Below, piece after piece: positions 57,098-64,000 of a DNA stretch of 64,000 nucleotides. The stretch comes from a virus. Under the pieces are notes generated by a model. That model searched no databases and was not told where the DNA came from. It saw only the letters and a program-made list of their open reading frames with translations. Within the stretch, counting starts at the first letter, position 1. Every line of letters begins with the position of its first letter. The position numbers and the translations under genes were made by a program. Location: the IMG/VR virus record IMGVR_UViG_3300022843_000013, positions 13,761 to 77,760 of that record; one strand, 5' to 3'.

Positions 57098-57974
57098 TTT
57101 CCAAGGACCTGACCAGAACGGCTGATTCCTCAAATTCCTCAGGCTCTCCTTTTTTGAATACGATTGCATCCTTCAGGATAGCCACGAGAGACTTACAGAA
57201 CGCATGCCTCACCACATCATTGGCCAAGTGCCAGCGAACACGGAGAGACTCGGAGTCTCCTTTGCGGTCACAGCAGGCGTTAACTAGGCTCGTCGTGTAG
57301 CTCGTCCTGGATATTGCTAGCCTGGTGGCCAGCGTATTCAAGAAATGATCGGTCTCTAGGGGGAAGCCATTGTCCAGAGTCCTGCGCATGTCGAGGTAGG
57401 CGTCCTGCAGCGCGGGGCTTACACGGGATACGTTCACGAACATAGCAAAAGTCCGGCATTCGAAAGACCGACTATCTAGGAAATACATGTGCTCCAGGTC
57501 TTTGTCGTCTGAATCCATGACGAAGACCGATAGAACCTTCGCTAGGTTTGCGTGGTTCCCGGCGCTGCAACCGGGACGACTTTCGCTGCTGACTACGAGA
57601 ACTATATTCTCGTCCATCACTGCGTCCTTGGCTTCCTTGATCAGCTCCTCCCTGTCTACACTTACGTCGTCCTCTAGCTCGCGCGGCATCGGCCCCGATA
57701 GAATATCGTTGCAGTAGTATTCGACGAGTCCGTCGGGTCCGTAGACGTCCCACGCATCGACTCCGTGCCGCAGCATGAACTTTTTGTATTTTCCGGAGTG
57801 CGCCGCTTGGTCTTTCCACTTTACAGCGGCTTTTGCGGTCTCCCTGTAAACGGTGACGTCGGGACCTTTTGGGTCCGCACTGACCGCTTGAAGAGCGTAA
57901 AGCCCCGGAAGGTAAGGCGCGGGACGATCTGTGATATGTTTCTTAACTCTGTTTTTATTTTTTCTTGAAGTCAT
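57057..57974 (-). CDS. hypothetical protein lying between the terminase halves
   Basis: 305-aa ORF on the opposite strand; no endonuclease motif recognised. Confidence 0.7.
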   Translation of the reverse strand: MTSRKNKNRVKKHITDRPAPYLPGLYALQAVSADPKGPDVTVYRETAKAAVKWKDQAAHSGKYKKFMLRHGVDAWDVYGPDGLVEYYCNDILSGPMPRELEDDVSVDREELIKEAKDAVMDENIVLVVSSESRPGCSAGNHANLAKVLSVFVMDSDDKDLEHMYFLDSRSFECRTFAMFVNVSRVSPALQDAYLDMRRTLDNGFPLETDHFLNTLATRLAISRTSYTTSLVNACCDRKGDSESLRVRWHLANDVVRHAFCKSLVAILKDAIVFKKGEPEEFEESAVLVRSLEIIDVLRSALDSQD

Positions 57975-58172
57975 TAATTAGTTTTGAGGCAGCCCTACAA
58001 AAATCAACACACAAAGAAAAATACTTCGTGTGGGATGCGTGATTTTTGCCCAAATCTGCCGAAATGGGGTGTGTCGCAAACAGGGGCCCCTCGCGGAGCG
58101 GCCCTGCGTATCCTTGCATATTCATCCGTTAGGATGTGGGGGCCCTCGCCGCCGTAGCTTGCGAGGGTTTTC

Positions 58173-60116
58173 TTGACGAGTGACAATAACGAAGCTACGA
58201 GTTATCTCGTGCTTAAAGAAAGTGAAATCGCGGAAGAGAGGTCGGTGGAGCATATGGACTTAAAGGTGTCCGCCCCGGGTGGCGCAGTCCGCGTCACGCA
58301 CGTTTGTAAGACTGTCGCAATGACCGTGTGGGAAATTAAGACAGCCCATCACGTCTTACGATGCGCTGGTAAGCATCTGGTGATCGGAGTCAACGGTCCC
58401 ACGCCTGTTGACCAAATCAGGGTGGGAAGTTTCATAAAAACTGATGCCGGCTACGCGCCGGTCTTGAGCGCCAGGAACACTGGCACCTCCGAAGAGCTGT
58501 ATGATCTCCGCGTTGATAGCGACGACCACATCTACTACACGGGAGGCATCGCCAGCCACAACTCCACCGGCCTGGGGGCCGCCGAGCTATTTAAGGCGAA
58601 CGTATTACCGGGGTATAAGTCGCTCTACATAACCCCCCTACGGGAGCAGTTAAAGACGATCGCTGATAAGCTGATGGACATGCAGCGGGGATCTATATTC
58701 CCCCCGGACTACGTCACTTCGCGCGGGTATAAGAACAACCTCTATTACAAAGAGACGCCTGCCGGTGGATCAATTAAGCTCCTCAACATCCTGACAGACG
58801 TTTCGAAAGTTAGGGGAAACAGCTGTCCCGTAGTGTGCTACGACGAATGCCAAGATCTCGACCCGGACCACATCCACGAGGTGGCGCAGGTCCAGAAAGC
58901 ATACCCAGATTCTCGCGCTACGATCTTTGCGGGGACTTCTAAGGACCTCGACACATGTCTAGAGGCTCAGTATCAGATCGGGTCTCAGGGAGTGTGGCAC
59001 ATCCCGTGCGGATGTAAGGATAAGTTCCACGCGCTAAACGACGTGAAGGCGATACCCAAGATGATCAGCGTGCACGGTCTACGCTGCCCGAACAATGGGA
59101 CGTTGCTCAACCCACTTTTGGGGGAGTTCGTGCACGCGGACAGGTCGAAGCTGGCATTAAACCGAGTGAGTTTTCACCTACCTCAGGTTATCGTTCCTGC
59201 CTACTCGGGGCCCGCTTTTCTCGATATTTACAACGACTTCAAGAGTTACCCCGAGAAGAAGTTTATGATGGAGGTCATGGGCATCGCCGTCGACGCTGGA
59301 ATGGCCGAGCTCACGGAGACGGACCTCAAGAGGTGCTGCGACCCCGATAAGACGTTCGAGCAGCTGCAGAAGGATTACTTCAGCGGCGAGACGCGTTACG
59401 TCAAGCTATTCTCTGGCGTCGACTGGGGCGGGTCCGACTGGAACCCTGCAACGCGAACCAAGCAATCCTACACTGTGCACACTATTTACGGCATGCGGGG
59501 CGACGGTAAGATGGTCCTCCTCTACGCGAATCGTTACGCCGGTATGAACTATCAAGATATCGCCGGGACGATTGTTGAGGCTCATAACGAGTATCATACA
59601 TTCGCGATGGGGACAGATAACGGAGGCGGCGCTTACTACAACGCCTACATGCGGGACTGCGGACGACTCCCTACGGATAAGCTGATTCACTTCAACTACT
59701 CCGACACGAAAATGTTCATCGACAGAATACCGCACCCGGAAGCGAATATTATGTCGCTTCACCGATCAGATTCTATATCTGCCCTAATATCGGACATCAA
59801 AGCCCAGAACATTATATTCCCGAGGTGGAGCAGCTGCTACGGTTTCGTGAGCGACTGCCTCAACATGCGCCGCAACATCACGGAGGCGCCGTCCGGCCGG
59901 TCTGTCATGCGGTATGTGCGGCACGGATCCAAAGCTGACGACTTTATGCAGGCGACCAATTACGCTCTCATGATGAAGAGGATCACAACCAAGGAGCCGA
60001 CGATACCTAACAAGCAGATTCTTGACGAGCTGGCGAGTATGTTCGGGACCTCCACGGTGACTACTACGACACAGCAGTTTTCGGACTACATGGACGACGG
60101 AATCGTGAGCGGGTAG
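58173..60116 (+). CDS. C-intein plus terminase large subunit C-terminal fragment
   Basis: LRCAGKH (block B-like), LYDLRV, IASHN|ST; then KVRG, YDECQD (Walker B), AGT, SGVDWGG (nuclease) and ADDFMQA. Confidence 0.85.
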   Translation: MTSDNNEATSYLVLKESEIAEERSVEHMDLKVSAPGGAVRVTHVCKTVAMTVWEIKTAHHVLRCAGKHLVIGVNGPTPVDQIRVGSFIKTDAGYAPVLSARNTGTSEELYDLRVDSDDHIYYTGGIASHNSTGLGAAELFKANVLPGYKSLYITPLREQLKTIADKLMDMQRGSIFPPDYVTSRGYKNNLYYKETPAGGSIKLLNILTDVSKVRGNSCPVVCYDECQDLDPDHIHEVAQVQKAYPDSRATIFAGTSKDLDTCLEAQYQIGSQGVWHIPCGCKDKFHALNDVKAIPKMISVHGLRCPNNGTLLNPLLGEFVHADRSKLALNRVSFHLPQVIVPAYSGPAFLDIYNDFKSYPEKKFMMEVMGIAVDAGMAELTETDLKRCCDPDKTFEQLQKDYFSGETRYVKLFSGVDWGGSDWNPATRTKQSYTVHTIYGMRGDGKMVLLYANRYAGMNYQDIAGTIVEAHNEYHTFAMGTDNGGGAYYNAYMRDCGRLPTDKLIHFNYSDTKMFIDRIPHPEANIMSLHRSDSISALISDIKAQNIIFPRWSSCYGFVSDCLNMRRNITEAPSGRSVMRYVRHGSKADDFMQATNYALMMKRITTKEPTIPNKQILDELASMFGTSTVTTTTQQFSDYMDDGIVSG

Positions 60117-60694
60117 TCGGATCGCCACTCCCTAAGAAGGAGGGCGAGGTGGGGTCCCTTTCCGCTTTCTTTCGTCGACAGCGAGACTACGTGAGGTTCC
60201 CCGTTGACTAGCTGCACGTGCGCTTTACCGCTGTCTCCGCTTTCTAACCTGCCGTCTGCGCGAGAGTAAGACCACCCCTCGTGCGCGCCCTTTGAGTAAG
60301 TCCCGAAGGGCTCGCGGCGTAGTCGGAAGATTGTGATGGGCGAGTCCTTCTGCGGATCGGCTATTGGTAGGACGGTGTGGTTGCCCAGGTCAACAGGTCG
60401 ATCAAGAGTTAGAACGCTCAAGTCGTTCCTGATGGTCTTGATAGCCTTGATGCGTCGGTAGGTCGCCTTACCGTCTTTACCGTCCAGTCTTACCTTCTGT
60501 CCCACTTTCGTAGGCCAGTGCGTAACGTGCGCTACGTGAATGTTGTCCAGGAGAGTTCCGCCGAGCTGATCTACGAAACCGGACGTGTCTACGTCTATGA
60601 CGTCGGACACTGTCGGCCTGGCGGACTTTCGCTTTATGAAAAAGGCGGCGGCGACGCACACCAACACGAGGATTGATACAAGCACGTGGTTCAT
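60086..60694 (-). CDS. membrane-anchored trypsin-like serine protease
   Basis: N-terminal hydrophobic helix; putative triad VTHW, NDLSVLTL, SGDSG. Confidence 0.65.
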   Translation of the reverse strand: MNHVLVSILVLVCVAAAFFIKRKSARPTVSDVIDVDTSGFVDQLGGTLLDNIHVAHVTHWPTKVGQKVRLDGKDGKATYRRIKAIKTIRNDLSVLTLDRPVDLGNHTVLPIADPQKDSPITIFRLRREPFGTYSKGAHEGWSYSRADGRLESGDSGKAHVQLVNGEPHVVSLSTKESGKGPHLALLLREWRSDYPLTIPSSM

Positions 60695-60739
60695 GAGACG
60701 TAGGATCTCATAAAAACCAGCGAGTTGCAAGCCGACAGG

Positions 60740-61315
60740 TTAGAACTTTTTACCGCCCTTCTTGGCTCGGTTCTCCAGCTTGTGGTCGGCACGCTGCTCG
60801 TTAAACTTAATCTTCGCGTCGATTGTAGTCCACAGGAAGAACCCGCGAGCCTTAGCGTGAGCTAGGCAGTGTGCGACGACTCGCAGTAGTCCTAGCTGCT
60901 CCTCTCGCTCGTTTCCGCGACGTAAACCTTCTACGGCCCGCGAGATGGCCTGGCATATCGTCAGGAGGTTGCTGCGTCGCTGGTCGACGCCGGGTTGGTC
61001 GAACTCGAACTCTGGGGCGCCGATCGTCTTGTATCCATCAGCGTTGAACCCGCGACGTCCTAGGTAATCCAAAGCTCTGATGGAGATGTCGGCTAGTTCC
61101 GCCTCCTCCATGAGGACGCTCGTAAGCTTGTCGTCGTAGATGTCTCCGCCGTCGATACCGTCCGCGGCCTCGGTCACCTCGGTGTACATAAGCAGGAGCT
61201 TGCACGGTAAATCTCTATCTTCTTGGCCCTCCCACCATCCTAAATCGTGGTGGACTCTGTGGCATTTGTAAATATACGACTCGACGGTTTCCGATGTGTT
61301 GAATTGTTCTGACAT
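60740..61315 (-). CDS. MazG-like nucleotide pyrophosphohydrolase
   Basis: LMYTEVTEAAD...EEAELADISIRALD; C-terminal KIKFNEQR..HK. Confidence 0.75.
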   Translation of the reverse strand: MSEQFNTSETVESYIYKCHRVHHDLGWWEGQEDRDLPCKLLLMYTEVTEAADGIDGGDIYDDKLTSVLMEEAELADISIRALDYLGRRGFNADGYKTIGAPEFEFDQPGVDQRRSNLLTICQAISRAVEGLRRGNEREEQLGLLRVVAHCLAHAKARGFFLWTTIDAKIKFNEQRADHKLENRAKKGGKKF

Positions 61316-61403
61316 AGTTTTTAATAGGTTTGTTGTGGTAGGTAACGAACGTGCCCTGGCGCCTCCGCGTGAGAGGCGCTAGGGCACGTTCGTTTAAATA
61401 AAA

Positions 61404-61436
61404 GGGCGGCAGGACCCTATCCTTGGTCCTGCCGCT
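61404..61436 (-). terminator. intrinsic terminator downstream of the tRNA-like RNA
   Basis: gcggcaggacc-loop-ggtcctgccgc then ccttttattt on the minus strand; a second long hairpin lies at 61344-61394. Confidence 0.65.
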
Positions 61437-61449
61437 AATGATTGCGATG

Positions 61450-61610
61450 CTGCATGTGTCGCTCGCGCGTCTTCCCCCAGATTGAGGTTAAGGGTGTAAC
61501 GTCTTACCATTGGACGACGAGCCCATATTTAAAGTTGGAGGGCTCGAGGGGAATTGAACCCCTATTTCTACATAGTGTTTGTCTGGGTCTTATGCGCTTA
61601 CCACATGTTC
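61450..61610 (-). ncRNA. circularly permuted tRNA-like structured RNA
   Basis: Order on minus strand: TGTAG-AAAT, T arm (AGGGG TTCAATT CCCCT), CGAGCCC-T-CCA, 11-nt linker, GGGCTCG-TC, D arm (GTC CAATGGTAA GAC), G-TTACA; further nested pairings CCCAGA/TCTGGG and CATGTG/CACATG. Confidence 0.75.
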
Positions 61611-61740
61611 GCGGTTTAACTTGGTTCCCGATACTTTGACATTTGACGCTGCGATTGAGAGCCGCAGCGATGTAAGTTAAGTTTGAGTTTCAAGTTTATC
61701 TTGGGGATCTGGTTTCCCGCTCGCGGCGGGTAAAAGTTTT

Positions 61741-62511
61741 CTAATTTGGCGCGATACTACCTTGTAGCACGTAGTCGATGATCGGGCTCGATACCTCGAC
61801 TTGCCGCACCGGCGCGCAGTTGGCTCTCTGGCGAGCCTGCTTCACCGCAGCCAGGATATCCTGAGTCCGGGTGATCAGGTCAGACTTGGCGGCAGGGCTA
61901 ATCATACCGGACCACTGAGTCTCTGTGATGCTACCTACGACGGCGTCCTCTGACCATTTCTCCACCTGCGCAGGGTGAAACTGAGTGGCCTCTACTAGGA
62001 TCTTGTGAGCGACGATTTTCTTGGTCCTCGTTTTGACGTGCGGGTGCGAGTCCCGGAAGATTCCCTGACCGCGGTCGGCGTCAGGAACCCACGAGCGTCC
62101 CGGGGCTAGTGTGGGGACACTACGGAAGAGCTCAACCCACCGTCCCAGCTGAGACTCCAGCGTAAGAAGCGTTACTGCTGGTACGCCCTCGAGGATGACC
62201 ACGCCGTCAATGACGACGTCAGCGACCGCCGTTTGATTTGTGGCGTCTTTCGTTGCCGACACGTCTAGGGAGCGTCCGATCACGCCCAAGCAGTAGGCAA
62301 GCTTGTCCGGCACTGTAGTAACGATCTCGGTGATCTCGTCCGGAGGTGGTAATTCGGCTTCGCTAAGGGGCGCGTAGGCCGAGTGACGACCGTGGAACAG
62401 GTTCGGCTTCTTGTCGAAGACGGTTTTGGTTTCGGCGAATACGCCGTCGGATTCTTTGCGTCGGCTTTTTTCGACGGCGAGAACTTCGTGTAGTTGGGCT
62501 GTTACTTTCAT
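61741..62511 (-). CDS. helical phage protein of unknown function (start MKVTAQ)
   Basis: LHEVLAVE, KDATNQTAVADV, VPAVTLLTLE, ATQFHPAQV, WSGMI, AVKQARQRAN. Confidence 0.75.
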   Translation of the reverse strand: MKVTAQLHEVLAVEKSRRKESDGVFAETKTVFDKKPNLFHGRHSAYAPLSEAELPPPDEITEIVTTVPDKLAYCLGVIGRSLDVSATKDATNQTAVADVVIDGVVILEGVPAVTLLTLESQLGRWVELFRSVPTLAPGRSWVPDADRGQGIFRDSHPHVKTRTKKIVAHKILVEATQFHPAQVEKWSEDAVVGSITETQWSGMISPAAKSDLITRTQDILAAVKQARQRANCAPVRQVEVSSPIIDYVLQGSIAPN

Positions 62512-62723
62512 GGTTTTAAAGTTGTGGCCAGCCCCCTCGAGTAACAAGAGGGCTGGCGGTTTATCAGAAGCCTCCATTTAGGCACCTCTAAGGGGTGTCA
62601 TAGCATGACGCCGGTTCGGGTTACAATAAACCGAGGTCCGGCAGAAGCAAAGCGACATGGTGGGCTCGTCGTTACTCTCTACTCCTAAGGCTGTGAAGGG
62701 GACGTTACACCCCCTTAGAAAAT

Positions 62724-62800
62724 TGGATGCGCGAGTCGGATTTGAACCGACGACCTTCAGTTTATGAGACTGACGAGCTACCTGGCTGCTCCATCACGCT
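62724..62800 (-). tRNA. tRNA-Met(CAT), initiator-like
   Basis: Full cloverleaf, anticodon loop CTCATAA, TTCAAAT T-loop, encoded CCA, 1:72 mismatch, A11-U24. Confidence 0.9.
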
Positions 62801-62865
62801 GAGGTGAAACTACCCAGAGCGTGTCGGTTGTCTACATAAACTTTTGCGTTTTTATCGGATTACAC

Positions 62866-63375
62866 TTACGCCTGTGTAATCTCGCGGAGGTATTCCTTGC
62901 GGATGGAGACGTTACCACCCTCAGCGCACCGCCTACCGTTAGCATCTTGCTCGGGCTGCGCTAGGACGTAATCCCCGGAGACTAACTTACTCTCCAACAA
63001 ACCGTCGCCGTATTGTTGGAGTATCTGACCCGTGAAATCTAGGCCAAATCCAACACTCGCACCATCCAGCACTAAGAATCTCCGGCGTTGATTATCTGTT
63101 CGGTATGATTTTTGAAAGAGAGAAAGGAACTTCGTCAGCTCTCCGACTCGCCTTTTGATTTCCCTCCTGAGGAAATCTTCAAGATCCTCGTGCTCTTGAG
63201 TGCGGGCATCGAAGGCGCGCGCGTCATTTGCGGAGTGCCACAGCGTTAATCCGCTCATGTCGACCCACGTATCGTAGCCGTCGCACCCAGCGGTGAGTAT
63301 AGAGCCTGTCCCGCCATTCGCGCGGTAGGCCTGGTTTACCTCTCCCGCGAGAGTTTCGATTTGATCGATTGTCAT
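62866..63375 (-). CDS. hypothetical protein
   Basis: 169-aa ORF. Confidence 0.65.
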   Translation of the reverse strand: MTIDQIETLAGEVNQAYRANGGTGSILTAGCDGYDTWVDMSGLTLWHSANDARAFDARTQEHEDLEDFLRREIKRRVGELTKFLSLFQKSYRTDNQRRRFLVLDGASVGFGLDFTGQILQQYGDGLLESKLVSGDYVLAQPEQDANGRRCAEGGNVSIRKEYLREITQA

Positions 63376-63394
63376 AATTTTTATTGTCTCGTCG

Positions 63395-64000
63395 TTAGAG
63401 GAACCACCCGACGACGGCGAAGAGTTCTTCGTCTACGAAGTCATGAGAGAAATCACCAAGCGCTTGCTTGATGTCGTCACGGTCGTAATAGGACTCGCCG
63501 TTGTCGAAAGTGAACCATTTTTTACTCTTCTCCATGGTGTCCGCGTAATCGTTTGATACCTGGCGAAGGGATGGCTTGTCGGTGTCGTCGAACGCTACAC
63601 CAAGTGACGTAAGTATGCCTAGGTAGTACACGAGAGGATCAATGGGGCGTGTAAGTAGGTCGATGAACTGCTCCGTGGGAGTTTTTATCGGAGGTGTGAC
63701 CCTGGGGTATGTGTGGGGACCGAACTCGCCGAATAGGAATGTGACGCCCCTTTGAGTCACCCACGTCACGGCTTGGTAACGAGTCATGCCACTCTTGCTG
63801 CAATAAAAAGACGACTGCTTTACCTCAAATAATCCTCGATTTTTGTATTTCTGCGTCGGGTAGTTTTTGCGTGCCCCTGATTTAATGAGTATACCCGCGT
63901 CGCGCATCGCCGCGAAAAGTTTGTTAGGGCCTAAACCTTTTACGTCGATCATTTTCGCGACAGCTCCTATCTGGAATAGCTCGCCGCTTTCTATGATCGT
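63395..64000 (-). CDS. phage antirepressor KilAC-domain protein, 5' partial
   Basis: IGAVAK...LGPNKLF..MR..GIL...N.PTQKY..RGLFEVK...VTQRG. Confidence 0.75.
   Translation of the reverse strand, partial: TIIESGELFQIGAVAKMIDVKGLGPNKLFAAMRDAGILIKSGARKNYPTQKYKNRGLFEVKQSSFYCSKSGMTRYQAVTWVTQRGVTFLFGEFGPHTYPRVTPPIKTPTEQFIDLLTRPIDPLVYYLGILTSLGVAFDDTDKPSLRQVSNDYADTMEKSKKWFTFDNGESYYDRDDIKQALGDFSHDFVDEELFAVVGWFL

Noticed and set aside
57057-57974. Homing endonuclease between the split terminase halves
   Set aside because: No HNH, GIY-YIG, LAGLIDADG or PD-(D/E)xK motif was recognised.
61450-61610. Two-piece tmRNA or ordinary tRNA
   Set aside because: No G3-U70 pair, U discriminator, intact D stem and no evident tag reading frame; the halves are in reversed order and there is no anticodon loop.
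1-64000. Bacterial chromosome, or use of an alternative genetic code
   Set aside because: Terminase, portal-like gene, split RNAP and dense single-strand organisation indicate a phage; long genes are intact under the standard code.

Overview
This window looks like part of a large, probably jumbo, tailed dsDNA phage genome, with nearly all genes on the minus strand. It carries a multisubunit RNA polymerase beta subunit split over three genes (one with a mini-intein, one fused to a beta'-like N-terminal segment) and a family A DNA polymerase with an N-terminal UDG-like domain, interrupted by a group I intron and an intein. Replication and recombination genes include RecQ, RecA, PIF1, primase, DnaB, an SF2 helicase, SbcCD, RNase H and RuvC. 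Also present are a probable portal and KxA-motif virion-type proteins, a C5 DNA methyltransferase, peptide deformylase and a tRNA-Met(CAT). The terminase large subunit is broken into two genes joined by an atypically split intein. Two observations stand out. (1) An integrase-less array of integron attC-type sites lies at about 22.9-26.8 kb; its cassettes show the diagnostic R''/R' complementarity, one is exactly duplicated, and most cassette genes are read antisense and start or stop inside the attC sites. (2) A circularly permuted tRNA-like structured RNA lies at about 61.45-61.61 kb, with a bipartite antisense match about 1.1 kb upstream on the other side of a conserved-looking ORF. All calls come from visual motif recognition; no searches were run.
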